Source: Epiperipatus broadwayi
Taxonomy: Eukaryota > Animalia > Onychophora
Direction of reading: 5' to 3'
Length of the DNA stretch: 64,000 nucleotides
Assembly (NCBI GenBank): GCA_028023455.1
Contig: JAQFVV010000003.1
Span: forward strand, 24,366,001 to 24,430,000
In this document: piece after piece, positions 1 through 13,302 of the stretch
How the letters are laid out: each line of letters starts with the position of its first letter
Position numbering within the stretch: position 1 is the first letter of the stretch
Program-made: the position numbers and the translations under genes
The notes under the pieces: generated by a model
The model's input: the letters and a program-made list of their open reading frames with translations, nothing else
The model's database searches: none
What the model was told of the DNA's origin: nothing

Positions 1-660
1 TTATAAGTGCCGAAAGAGAAAAAATTCAAAATCTTTATTTGGGTCCCCATCTCCAGACCAATTGGTTCTGAACCTGGGCTCACCTCAGTTGAGCACTGAG
101 ACTCTAGAAACTAGATTTAAAATACTAACTCAAAAGTCAGCACTTATAAAACGTTTCTATCAATTTGAAAGCATGAATTTATCAGACATGTAAATGTCTT
201 CAATTAGTCTGGAGATGGGGACCCCAATAGAGATTTTGAATTTTTTCTCTTTTGGCACTTATAAAATAAAAGCTTGATTAGAGCTATTATTAAGCTCCAT
301 CTGGTGATCATGAAATGCAAGCTAGAAAACAAATTACGGAATTTATGACTTTTTTTTAATTATTATAGGTGTACCTTTGAAGGCTTTTGCAATGCTATAT
401 ATTGCAGAGGCTATTGCTGTATGGTGAAGCTGAGCTGAATTCAGACCCATATAGCTATCTGTTTTGTAGGGCTGGATTTGAAGACATTTACATGTCTGAT
501 AAATTCATGCTTTCAAATTGATAGAAATATGTTTTATAAGTGCTGACTTTTGAGTTAGTATTTTAGATGTAGTTTCTAGAATCCCATCACTCCACTGAAG
601 TGAGCCACAGGCTCAGGACCAATTGGTCTGGAGATGGGTACCTTGATAGAGCCTTGAAGA
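1..660. mobile_element. Nested inverted-repeat element (family F) with two HHR-like motifs; probable Penelope-like non-autonomous element, truncated by the window start
   Basis: 1-66 is the reverse complement of ~205-263, and ~45-200 is the reverse complement of ~478-640. HHR-like motifs lie at 583-638 (+) and 45-92 (-). Confidence 0.55.
583..638 (+). ncRNA. Hammerhead-like motif with non-canonical core (family F)
   Basis: CCCATCACTCCA CTGAAG TGAGCC ACA GGCTCA GGAC CAATTG GTC TGGAGATGGG: helix I, 6-bp helix II, palindromic helix III (ACCAATTGGT) and a GUC triplet. Both core strands are one nt shorter than CUGANGA/GAAA. Confidence 0.45.
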
Positions 661-1287
661 CAACAAAGAAGAGCATGTGTTGCTTTTTTCCACAGGGTAT
701 ATACTTTTAGTCCTGTTGTTTTCTGGAGTAATTAAACTCAATGGAGAAAATCTGGGTGGTGGCTATATTATCAGTTTTATCTTGCCTCTATGAATTTAAT
801 AGTATTTTCCTTTATCTGATTATTTATTTTTTCCTTCTGATAATAATTACTGTACACAATATGTTTTAATTAAATATTTTATTTTACAACAATTTGATTA
901 ATCTGATTCTGGCTATTTATTATTTATCTATTTATTTATTTCCTGTCTGTAAATTAATTTTATAACTTATTAAAATACATATACTTCACAAATATTATAT
1001 AGACTAAGTGCTACTGGGACCATTTTTAAAAAATCAGCTATTTATTGAGGTTGGATTTGGAGATAAATTAGTCTGTCATATGAAAGCTTTCCAAGTATCC
1101 TAGAGAAGTTTCAATCTTGTCACAGTGGATGAATGACCCCAGCACACAAAGGTGAAGAAAATATAGTGAGAGACCTTTTTTTCATTTATTTTTTCAGAAC
1201 TATTTATATGCAAGACTTATCTCATGGAATTTTAATTACTAAAAAAAAATTATGATAAACTTTATTTTTTGGACTAATTGCAATATA

Positions 1288-2022
1288 CACAAGGGTACCC
1301 AAAAATAACTGGAATTTTATAATAAAAAATGGTTTATTTTTAAGTGCTATAAATTTAATCTCTTTCTAATTACTATCCATTTGATGCAGTACACTTGTCT
1401 GAATGTGTTTTTCATTTTTCAAAGCAGCCTGAAAATATTTGCAAAATGATACCTTTTAATGTCTCTGTCATTTTCTCCCATCACTTCCAAGTCTGCAAAA
1501 AAAAAAAGAAGACACTTTTTTATTTGAGAGATTAAAAAAAAACTTGCATGAAGTGAGGTCAAGTGAATATGGCATATAGATAGGTTGGATCATGCTAAAT
1601 TTAATTAAAAAGTGTTTCACACTTGATGCTTTGAGAGATGACATTGTTGAGATAGAGTTTACACTCTTTTCTTTCTGCAAAATGGGATGTTTACATTTTA
1701 CCGCATCACATAAATGTTTCAGAACTTGCAGATAAAATGTCTGACCATTACAAACTAAATCTGAGAGAAAAATGCCATTTGTGTAAAAAAAAAAAAAAAA
1801 AGTGTTAATTACAACATTTCAGGCATTATAAAAAAAATTGACAAATATGCAAAATGCACTTTAGAAAAAAATGTGTTACGTGAACTCACAATTTGACACG
1901 GTGACATCATTTGGCAGATTGATGCAGAAAGCTGCCTACAAGAAGTATTTAATAGCTAAAGCAAATACTACAACAGGCACACAAACCATGGAACGATTTT
2001 GTTTATTTTTGGTCCTCCTCAT
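1288..2022 (-). mobile_element. Internally deleted mariner (Tc1/mariner) element
   Basis: TA followed by TIR CACAAGGGTACCCAAAAATAACTGGAAT. Reverse-complement homologue of 63069-63712, which retains mariner-like peptide remnants. Confidence 0.75.
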
Positions 2023-2649
2023 TTACAATAAGATAATCTACATTTTAATATAAATTCAACTTTTTATATTAAAATTTTAAATTCTTTAGTTCTCCTTTGA
2101 TAACTGAAAATTAATACAAATAACTTTTTATTTTAATCACATCTTAATTAAAAATAAAAATTTGATTCTGTACAATTTAAGTTAATCTGTTTATTATTAT
2201 TGTCAAAAAATATAAACCTTTATCTTTTAATTTAACAAAAGATTGAACTTTTGTTTAAATATTTTTATACAGGAATAAAATAATTTTTTTGAATGATAAA
2301 GTAAAAAAAAACCTTTTTTTTTAATTATCAAAAGAAAACTAAAAAAAAAAAAATATGTATAATTTATACATCAAATATACAGATAAATATTATAAAAACT
2401 TGAATTATTAACTTCTAGCTAGTTGTACTCTCTTTAACATTTGCTATTGTATTGACTAGTCTTTATCACCTTTCCAAACTATTCAACTTCTATTCTACCA
2501 CATATTTTTGAAATATATAAATAAAGACATCTGAAAAAAACAGGCATGTTAATTTTTAACAAGATTTAAAATTTATATCTAGGCTATAGATAATATCTAA
2601 TTTAATAAATGATGAGTAGTACCATTAGCATATCTATTTAAAATAGTTG

Positions 2650-3450
2650 ATGCCAAGGTTATGATTATAGAAAGTCTGATACTTGTAAATCAAAGTGTAA
2701 TACTATATGATTAAAAGATGATGTGTTGCACAAAAGCATGGATCTCATTATTGGAGAGAAATTATTGGTGGCATCTCTTGATAACTGATTTTGTTATCAA
2801 TATAAGAGATTGAACACATTAATACTTAAAAAAAATGAAAAGAGAATGGGGGGAAAAAGGCATTTATAGGAGACTAAAAAATCTGTATTGGAAATAGCAC
2901 CTAATCTTTGATCACTAACATCATATCCTACAAAATAGCAGGAAATACTTTTGATTTATCATTGATTATTAATTATTTATAGTCGACTTGCATATTTGAG
3001 GTTATTCTACTATATGATGTCACCAAGTCCTGTTGAAACAATAAAATCTTAATATTTCTCTAAGCACATGAAAATATTAGCACTATTATATGGGGGAAAA
3101 ACGATTCTAAAAAGTTGCCACAAATAATGCAAATGAGTAAATTGATCCTGCCAATCTTGAGGTTAAGACAAATGAACTGAAAATCTATATGTGAAAAATC
3201 AAATTCTGCCTTGGCAATTAAATAAGAGATGCAAAGAATATTGCTTAATGTATTCTTTATTGTTTACACTCAAAAAATTGAATCAAATGAAAAAGCAGTA
3301 TAATGCAATTGTTCTTATGTTTTTCATATTCTGAATTAGAAACATGGTCTTAATAAGATCGAATTTGAACTACTACTAAAAGGCATATGCTTGTGAATAA
3401 ATTTAGATGTGAAATGTTATACAAGCTGATACACAAATAATATAAAAATC
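2650..3450 (+). pseudogene. Highly decayed RTE-like LINE reverse-transcriptase 3' remnant
   Basis: Stop-riddled translation near 3210-3420 (..VFHILN*KHGLNKIEFELLLKGICL..) loosely resembles the RTE 'YGSETWTLNK..LEAFEMWC' region. Boundaries are approximate. Confidence 0.3.
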
Positions 3451-4192
3451 TACCCAATAGCATTGATGTTGTGTCTATGGGATGAATTAAAGTGTTCAGC
3501 ATCTCTAATATATTTCATTATAATAGTAATATATATTAGAGATCCAGTTATTTATTAATTGTCCAGGGGGTCAAATGAGACCGATTGAACATCTCGGAAC
3601 AAAATAGACTGTTGATAAAACATAATTTCATTTGGTGAGACTTACTTTTCTACCTCATATTTTCATGGAAATTTATATTTATCATTGATTATAATACAAC
3701 ATAAGAAAATATAAAACTGATGTAAGTGTTACAATAGATTTTTATTTTCTGTATTTTTATGTATATATAAACTGTTCATGTAAATTTGGATTTATGTAAC
3801 TCAGGTTTATGTATATGTTTTATATGCAGAAAGTTTTCACATATAATATTCAAAGATTATTACAGAAATATTAGAGAGGGGGGTGGATTAGGATTTCATA
3901 ATGAAATATCACTGAAGTTTATAATTTTTAAATTATTGTTAAACTTGTGATAGCAAACTCTAAGTATTTTACATGGAATAACATTTCAATACTTTGTATA
4001 AAATAATAAGAAAAATAAAATAAATATATTGATCAATCTCAAAATACCATAAGTAATATTTCACCCCAGTCTTATAATTTAGAATTGAAATTTAAGATGG
4101 AATCACAATCATTAATTACAGGGTAGGATATTAGGAACAACAACATCACATGACTTTTTCATACACTTCCAAACTCTAGAACTATTTACTGT

Positions 4193-4264
4193 AAGCTTGA
4201 GTAGTCAGTGAACACCAGTTGGTATAGTGCTATATTTTCTGGTATCCACTAACTACTCAAGCTT
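4193..4264. repeat. 72-nt hairpin (26-bp arms) in a dispersed repeat
   Basis: AAGCTTGAGTAGTCAGTGAACACCAG ... CTGGTATCCACTAACTACTCAAGCTT with 3 mismatches. The left arm and its upstream flank recur at ~25330-25430. Confidence 0.8.
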
Positions 4265-5499
4265 AAATTAAAGTCATAAACAGTAATTATATACTGCTAC
4301 AAAGTGATAACAATTAAACCAATAAATGAATTTATAATCAGTTAATCGAAGTAAATAACAGTATAATTTTCACAGAAAGAGTGACATATAATAACAAAAC
4401 TTTATAATATATTTATCTGTGTGCATATAATATGTTTATCATACTAAGCACTTTAGGTAACTAAGCAACATTGATAATTAAATGAATATCTAAATCCTTC
4501 ACCTTTTTTAAACATCTATTTACTATATATTTTTTTTAATCATTTGATGTATTTTTATTACTAAACTGTCAATAATAATCCCATCTTTTCCTAAAGCTTT
4601 TTCATAGATCTAATCACATATCTCACCTTTTTCTTTAAAATATTTATAATTTCAAAAAATATTGCAATTGTAGAAGCTGTCCTTATGTTAATTATTATAC
4701 AGTAATTTCTATAATTCTTCAGACCCTTTAGCTCTCTTTGTCCAGTCACAGTTATTTCCTATGTTATCATTAACTTTGTTGATCATTTTATAAAACTCTA
4801 GATATTCTCTTCACCTTAAATAGATTATTTTAAAATATTGATTGATAAATAGGTATTTAACTATTATTATTTAGAAGATGAATAGCAACCTTCTAGTCAT
4901 TTTATTTAAAACCATCAATTTATTGATTGATGAATAAATGGCTCACTATTTTTAGTTAGAGAGTAAAATAAAGATGAAAGTATAAACCCTCACTATCTGG
5001 CATATGGTTGACTAATGAATATTTTCCTTTTTTTTTTTTTTGAAGAGAGACTGAGAATCTTTACTCTGCAGAGGGCTATTTAAAACTGTTTTACTTGTGT
5101 AGAATATGTGATAAGAAATTTTGGCATTAAATGGTAGTACATTCTACCATTAGTAAAGAATTCAATACTTGTAGCTGAATATTGGAATACATTTTAAGCA
5201 ATGAAATATTTTTAGCCACTGTTATCAAATATTTAGACTGGTAGCAAATTTAAATTACTAAACAATAGTATGTTTTAATTTTTCGTTTTTAGTTTATTAA
5301 ATAAGCAACAGCCATTCACACTCAAATATGGTCATTCCAACTCAACCAAAAAAAGACAAAACAAATAATACAAAAATATGTTTCCGTATAGAACATGCTA
5401 TTTTATTATGGTGTTTATTTGATATTTTACAAAATTGTCTTTTCTAGAAAAACTTTTTTTTTTTTTTCTGAAAACACTTTAGCACAATATCTAATTATA

Positions 5500-7150
5500 G
5501 ATGTCTACCATTATCTTCTCCTGAAAGCAATCAACATTGCACTTTTTTGGAATGGCTTGAAATAATATTTATAATGTAATGGGATATCTTTCCCATGAAA
5601 ATTATGCTGAAGATTATAAAACACCATTTTAGGAAGTCTTGTGTTGTTTACTAATTTCATATGCAATCCAATAATAGTGGACTCTACAGTATCATATCCA
5701 ATACATTGAAAAGCATATTGATTGCTCTTATAAAGTCTTGCCATTGTATTTATAAATTGTACAGAGCATACTTAAATGAAAAGCTAAATGTCAGTTCTCC
5801 ATACAGCTAATTTAATTCATCGTGGTGACATTCTATTTTTTTTAATTATTAAGAGCACATTGGAGTCACTGCCGCATCTCACCATCAAAGTCCATCATTC
5901 TACTTAAAAAGATTTTATTAAATATATTTCGTAAAAAAGATTTACAAGTTAAATCTTCATTTTATTATTTTTGGTAGGCTCATTATATCTTAAGTTTTAT
6001 CAACCATAACATTATCCAAGAATTTTTTTATCAGACTATCTCTTTCAGTCTTAATGACCATCAATTTTGTCCTCAAATACTTTGCAAATGATTGATGATG
6101 TAACTTGTGAGAATTCTTCAATTCTTTGATAATATTCGGTTTTTCTTTAGTTATTCTTTGTATATATCCTCAGCCTCTATTCATGGAATTTAGCGTCCCA
6201 TTTTATTTAAAAATTGAAATTGTACCTTTTCAATTTTTCAGTAGTTGTATCTCATTTAAAAATTTTATTTGATGTAATTAGACTTCTTTTTTTTAAATGC
6301 TTGTGATATTATAAAGATTGTATTTTCTATCTGATATGATTATGCTTCTGATATTAGCGTTTTATTACAAAGAGATTATGATTCAAATCTTTGTCACCTT
6401 TTTTTAATATCTTTTATATACTTTGACCTGGTTTGTATGTCTCTCCATTTCCTGACATATATACTGTGCTTTGAATTTATAGGAAATTGTGTTTTAAAAT
6501 TACACACACATATATTTTTTTTTCTGTGATTTCTGCATCCCAGTCCAAAATAATGAATTTTTTATTTTTTTTTATTTTTCCAGCCTTCTTCTATCATGAT
6601 CATTAATTCTTATCCTTTTGTTTAAATTGCTCTTATGTATCTTCTGTTTGATTATGTGGATAGAAATGTAAGCATATATAAAAACTATGATTTTTGATTA
6701 GTTCTTTTTATTACCATCTCGATCTCACCTTTTGTTCCTATTTCTTTTTTTTCAATCTATTTTCCCTATTCCATCTCTGCAAATATCATACCAGAAGTCT
6801 TTTCTATCTCTAAGTTTGATTTTCTCATTCCAGGTATATCTTACTTCTATTCATTTATTTTCACTCTTTATTTTTTGATTTTTTTCTAAATCATGATTTA
6901 TATCATCTGCCTCTATGATTCTGGTTAGACTTTTTTTTAAATGATTTTTCATTTTTTAAGCTCTATATTTTTCATTTCTAGATTATTTTAGTTTGTGACT
7001 GCTCTCTAAAAAATTTAGATTGCCATAAGCAATACCAGTCTAATCTATTTGGAACACTTATACTTTTAATAGGTCATCTAGTTTCTTAGATATGGAACAG
7101 TGGGTATGAAATATTAAAATATTCAATAATTTCATGTATAGAAGATAAAT
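5500..7150 (-). pseudogene. Decayed RTE-clade LINE ORF remnant
   Basis: ORF 5511-5744 (..ESTIIGLHMKLVNNTRLPKMVFY..HGK) matches the RTE C-terminal pattern 'SIES.I..R.LRW.GHV.RM.D.RLPK.VFYSEL..GKR'. Further fragments lie upstream on the minus strand (ICQEMERHTNQVK; SSIICKVFED). Confidence 0.6.
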
Positions 7151-7242
7151 TATTCCTACAACTTTGATTTATTTTAAATAAAATCACTAGAGAGCAGTAT
7201 AAAGATTTTTTTTTTCAATTTAATAACTTTTTAATTTAATTA

Positions 7243-7700
7243 GAGTAATTACTTTCAGAAATAAAGAACAGTGGGTAGATAAAATTTCATACATTTTGAT
7301 ATCAAATATATATAAAATGTTCAAAAGATTACAATGTTTTAAGCAATACATGACAATGAAGATATATATTTTTTCTCATGGTTTGTTTCAATTTAACAAT
7401 TTGATTGAAGCTAAAATTAAATTTTAAAATAAACATTTTTAAATAATAGAATTGATTCAATTTTGAGATATATCTTAGAAAACAATGGTTGACAATAACA
7501 TTTAAGTTAGGCATAATTACTTTCAGAAATAAAGAGCAGTGGGTGAATGATTTCAAATATTTTGATGCCAAATATAAAACACATTCAAAAAATTACAATG
7601 TTTTAAACAATATATGCACAATGGATATATATATATTGTTTCATAGTTTGTCTCAATTTAACGATTTGATTGAAGCTACAATTAAATTTTAAAATGAACA
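7243..7700. repeat. Diverged direct duplication, ~190-bp units, period ~268 bp
   Basis: TAATTACTTTCAGAAATAAAGA(A/G)CAGTGGGT...GATTGAAGCTA(A/C)AATTAAATTTTAAAAT at ~7243-7435 and ~7511-7700. Confidence 0.85.
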
Positions 7701-7794
7701 GTGGTCAGTAAATACATAACGGTGTCATTTAAAATTGATTTTCTGCAATCTTTTAAGCAAATAAAAATTCTAAAATGCTGCCTTTTCACTTAAA

Positions 7795-8200
7795 AGAATC
7801 TTTCATGTTTTTAGTTAATTATATATATATATATGTATCATTATGTACACATACTAAATATGATGTATACATAAGAGGTATACATTTTAACTTATAACAG
7901 AAATATCTAGTGATATATATATATATCAACTATTTAAGTGTCCAATCAATTTAAAATATATATTTTTACATTTTTATTTTATGTGCCAATGAAAATGAAA
8001 ATTTAAAACTATATAATCATATTATAAATTGACTGGACACTTATAGTTGGTATATATTGCTAAATATATATATATATATATCACTAGATATTTCTGGTAT
8101 AAATTAAAATGTATACCTCTTATGTTTATATAATATTTAGTATGTGTACATAATAATATATTTGTATATAAATGACTAAAAATATGTAAGTCTTTCATAT
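7795..8200. repeat. Fold-back inverted repeat, ~150-bp arms (MITE-like)
   Basis: ~7800-7950 (..CATAAGAGGTATACATTTTAA..AGAAATATCTAGTGATATATAT..) is the reverse complement of ~8030-8195. Confidence 0.85.
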
Positions 8201-8572
8201 TTTAACTTTTGATGGACCAAAGGGTTAATATTAAATTTTGTTTAAATATATAGAATGAGAAATAAATCAATACATATCAAATAAAAGACATAAATATCAA
8301 ATCAAAGAAAGATTCATATTTTTGGCATTCTAATTTTTTGAAAATTTAAAATACAATATAAACAATTGTTCTAATAAAAATTAATTTTTTTGAAAGATTT
8401 TAGAGTATTTTATAAATAATTTTGCAAATTTAAATTAATATATAAATGAATTTCTTAAGAAAAATGTGTTATAAAATTCTGAAAACTAAAAAGTTAAAAA
8501 TAATAGAGATAATTTTTTTTTATTTATTAAATGCTTTTATTGACAGAGCACTATAAAGAAAAAAAAAGTTTT

Positions 8573-8740
8573 TTCAACCACAATTAGGGTTTTTAGATTT
8601 AACTTTAAATAAAAGCATAGGGGTTCAGAAATTAATTAAATCAATCCCTATTTTTTATAGCAAGGGATTGATTTAATTAATTTCTGGATCCTCCATGCTT
8701 TTATTTCAAGTTAAATCTAAAAACCCCAATTCTGATTGAA
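8573..8740. repeat. Long hairpin, ~77-bp arms, 13-nt loop
   Basis: ..CAGAAATTAATTAAATCAATCCCT-ATTTTTTATAGCA-AGGGATTGATTTAATTAATTTCTG.. with pairing extending out to TTCAA..TTGAA. Confidence 0.9.
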
Positions 8741-9944
8741 GAAACATTTAATATTAAAAAAAATTGTATTTCTATTATTTATGATATACATTATGTTAGT
8801 TTCAGATTTTTATTAAAAAAAATTACTTTCAGGTCTCTGTTCCCTTACATATTCATATAATAGAGCTATGGCTGATTCATCTCACCCGTCAATATTTGTA
8901 CAGCATGCAATTGCTGCGGGTCATGCATGCAAGCCGGATGAACCTATAATTATGTGTAGGGAATGAAGTGATCTGAAAAGAAAAATTAAGGAGGCATTTT
9001 TTATTATTTCGGACGAGCACGCATTGAATAAAAGAGAATCGTTTTATGCTTTATCAAAGAAGTGGCATGCTGAAACGATTTAACTCTCATTTGCATATTA
9101 GCCTATATTATTTTATACATTTGCATATTAGTATACTGTTTTGGAAATTGTGTTGTCCTTGATAATGAAGGGTAAGCCTTCGAAAACATTTGGATAATTT
9201 ATAATTTGTTGATATTTATCTATATATCATATTTTGTCGTTTGAGATATATTTTGAATTAATGTGTGTATTTATTTTAATGGATTTAAATTTTACATAAA
9301 AACATTATACTTCTATCTGTTATTTTAAAGGGATTACATTTTTCTATGACTATTAAGCTTATATCTCATCAGTGCATATTTTGATTCATTATCTCACAGA
9401 AATTCTATACTAAAACTTGTACTTTGAATCATTTCCATATCAGATAGCCTTTATCCAATTATCTTATACTAATATACTTTAGGATGAAATGTTGGTGATA
9501 TAATTTAATTTAATTTCAAGGAAAATGAATTTTTCATCTTTCCACAATATTCTGATATTCACAAAAATCATGTGATTTATCTATCTTCACATTATTAAAA
9601 AACTATAAACTATTTTGGCATGAATTGGGCGGGGCTTTGTGAAGTACAGTTTTTAGTGCATAGAGTTTAGTGGATCTGTTTTAATACCTGAGTTTGAATT
9701 CAGCTAAGTCAATCATGAAATTTTTCAAATCATAAATAGGCATAGGATTTTTCTATCAATTAGAAAGTTGATAGATGACGTAGATAGTCATCCAGTATTG
9801 ATTGTAAATAGATATGTAACTGTTCTTAGCTAGAGGCTAAAGATTCCAGTTTAATCTGGGTTTAGTTGGAGGAGTGTCATTGCTTAATTATAAAAGTAAA
9901 AAAAAAATATTATTGTAAACCAATCTTAGATTAAAAGCAAAGAA

Positions 9945-10075
9945 TTAAATGATGGAAGCTGGGAAAAGATGTATTAGATCTTATGATCCAGTACATTGGT
10001 CCAAGATCTAAGCTCCTTACTGATGGCTTGAAACTAGTCTGGGGATTTTGGATAAGAAAACACAGGATAGGAAGC
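9945..10075 (+). mobile_element. Family A fragment with deleted HHR helix II
   Basis: TTAGATCTTATGATCCAG...AGCTCCTTACTGATGGCTTGAAACTAGTCTGGGGATTTTGGATAAG aligns with the copies at 20003-20536 and 61921-62399. Confidence 0.7.
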
Positions 10076-11221
10076 ACTGTCAACTGGTGACTATCATTGT
10101 TTGTTAAGTTTACAGTATAACAAAAACGTGGAAAAGTAGGGGGGGGGGATATTCTTTTATAGATACTGATCTCAGTTATCTTTTTCTCATGAAATAAGTA
10201 AGCAGTAAATAATTCTTTCATTTTTGTTTTTAACTACTGATATAATTTGGATGGGGGGAGGTTACATCTCTATGGTTATTGAGCTCCTGGTTATTTTTTT
10301 GCCATTATTTTCGAACTATTTTAATGTAGATATCGTTATATTTTTAATTATTTGTCAGTATCAAGTAATCCATCACTCTTTTACACATAATAATTTTATC
10401 AGTATTTAAATATTATATAAAATCAACATTTTAATTATTCAGTAACTTTCTTCAAAGACCTACATAGAAAAATTAGATATAATAAAGTTTAAACGTTGCT
10501 AAAATTAAATGTAATGGGGAGATAATTTGCTCAATATTGAATGAAATGATATTTTAAAAGGAAAATATTGTCTAAATAATATTCTTGTAAGTAGTACACA
10601 AGAAAAAAAAGTACAATATTATTTCTAACTAAAATAAGTAGAATGCTGTATATATAATTTAATTGTCAATTTTAAATAACTCTCTATAGAACTTTATTTC
10701 TTCCCTCAAATTGTAATAAACTTAAAAAATTATACTTGTCAATTACTGATCAGTGAATTTTTTTATGTTTTCATTTATATTTTAAATTTTAGCTCAAAAA
10801 GATATTTTATATATTGTAAAAAATGTTTTGAATAACAACTTTGTTTACTGTTTTTAAAATATTTATTAAGTTCAGTATTATCCATACACATACACTTATA
10901 ATCATTTATAACTTATAATAATAACATAGCTTAAACCATGGCACCTGCTCTTTACAGATGGAATACTATTTATAATGAATACTCTCCTTTCCAAACACAA
11001 GATAAAGTCTTTTTAAAAGATAGAATGGATTACTGTATCTTTTTCATTCAAGCTATATGTATGGGCCAATCTGAAGCATTTGGAACTGAGAGTGTGAATA
11101 TTTAATTAATCCCTTTAAATTACTTATCATATGATTTTTGTTAATGATGCTTGCAACATTTTTACAATTTATGATATGTCATTTATAACAAAATTATTTA
11201 TTCTTTCTTTGCTATTTTTAG

Positions 11222-11430
11222 ATTTTGGTATGAAAATCCTGGTGTTTTTAAACCAGATCAATTTGTTCAAATAAAGCAAGCTACTTTAGCTCGGGTACTG
11301 TGTGATAGTGGAGATAATATAGATCGGGTCCAGAAAGATGTATTTTTGCTTGTTGGTAATGAAAAAGAATATTTACAGTGCAATAGAATACCAAAGATAG
11401 ATCTTGCTGTTTGGACTGAGTGTTGTCAAG
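11222..11430 (+). CDS. Pxn: Peroxidasin exon: C-terminal end of the haem-peroxidase domain
   Basis: Polypyrimidine TTTTTAG acceptor and GTAGA donor. Encodes (R)FWYENPGVFKPDQFVQIKQATLARVLCDSGDNIDRVQKDVFLLVGNEKEYLQCNRIPKIDLAVWTECCQ, with the animal haem-peroxidase DRFWYEN motif and a peroxidasin-type W..CC end. Confidence 0.95.
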
Positions 11431-13130
11431 GTAGAAAATATTAAAATATTTTTATCAAATGTATTATTAATTTATTTTAATATGTTTAATTTTAAGTTTT
11501 AAATATAGATTTATAAATATTCATAAATACTATCACAAATCTCTGGTTTACAGATAGATTATAAGTTTGAATCAGTTTCTAATTTAAAAATCAGCAATCA
11601 ATGTCATTCAAACATACAGTTATTTCAATTTTATTTAAAGTACCATAAAAATTGATCCAGTTCATAAATTACAGATTGAATATATGTTTTCTGAAAACTA
11701 TGAATGAATTTAAAAACTTCAATCATAAATATGACAAATATATGCACAAAGATCATAATTTCTAAAGTGCATTCATTTATGAAAAAATTAAATTGTTAAA
11801 AAATTATATCATGTTTATCCATAGTGATCTAAACTTGTAGGATATGTAAAAGCAAAAAAATTGCAAGTATATGCTTAAAATTCATTTTAAAATCGAATAA
11901 AATCAGAAGAAAAAAAAACCATCATGGTTTCTCAAATCTAGATACATTTACACCAACTAATTTATATTTAAAGAGTATAATAATCCATTGCACAAATTTT
12001 TATGCAAAAGTAGAATATCACAACTGTATATAGTATATAAATCTCAAATCTTTGCAATTCTATTCTAAAAGTTCATTTGATGAAAGAAAATAAATATGGT
12101 AAAAGCTTCTAATATTTGGATATATTTACAATTACATAATGGAAAATAGAACATATGCTTAAAGAATATAATAATTCATAAAATACTCTTTTATAAAAAT
12201 TTAATTTATCAATCTATTCCTATGCGATGAAAATAATATGTATTGTTTTGGAATAATATATGATATATAAAGCCCAAAAATGTCCAATTCTATATTAAAT
12301 GTATATGTTCAATATAAATAACAACAACAAAAAAAAATACAATGAAAGCTTCTAATATCTGGACATAGTTACATCAGACATGATGTAATTATTTTATGAA
12401 AAAGTTAAATTTTTATAAAAATCAAGTCAGTTTCCTTTCGGTTATTGATTCTCATCTTTGTAGAAATTATAAAAGCAAAAGTTTCCAATTCTATACTGAA
12501 TATTTATTCTCAAAATAAATGTTAACATAAAATCAATATCTAATCATTTTTATTTGTGAAAAAATATACAAACAAAATTGGTATAACTTTAGTTACCGAT
12601 TTTTTTTTTTTGCCATATAAGCGATGCATTTTTTTTTTTAATCAAACAAATATTAAAAATTAATCAATTTTGTTAAATATTTTTAAAACAATATTTGCTA
12701 ATAAATTATGTTTAATTTTATATAATTAATGTAATTTAATTTTTCTTATTAATATTTTTTTAAAACAAGTAATAAATATTCTTTTTAAGCAGTTTTTGTG
12801 TGTATACTGTATATATATTATAACTATAGCTATGCATTTCAATAATTTTATTCAGATTCATAAAATTTCTGAAACGTGAAAAAAATCAAAATTCAGAAAA
12901 TAAATATTCTAATAGTATTAGCAAAAAAACTTATTGGATTGCCAATCTGCATTTCAAGGATTTTCACTTTTTTATAACAAATAAATAAACTCTTGAAATA
13001 TATACATAAATTTGAATTCGACCAATGATCAGCATACTATAATATATATGAATGGCTTATTCTGAAAAAAGATCATATATTTAAAAGCTTTATTCAATTT
13101 GTGGTGAAATCATTTCATTGCTTAAAAATA

Positions 13131-13302
13131 CAAGGGTCATTCAATAAATTTCTCAGATCTAAGAAATGAGATAATGATACATTTCATCCCCCAAAAATGT
13201 AAATCCACCTATGGCAGGCTATTGATATTCTTAACAAAATTTGGCTGTGATTGCAGAAAATCTCTTCATTGAGAGATCATACATCAAATTGAATGATTAT
13301 TG
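13131..13302. mobile_element. Small mariner-type MITE
   Basis: TA-CAAGGGTCATTCAAT ... ATTGAATGATTATTG-TA: degenerate TIRs with TA flanks. Confidence 0.5.

Noticed and set aside
1-11221. Preceding peroxidasin exon (expected ..GPT..C....QF..LRDGD-R)
   Set aside because: No such coding segment with a donor was found by eye; it probably lies upstream of the window (intron >11 kb).
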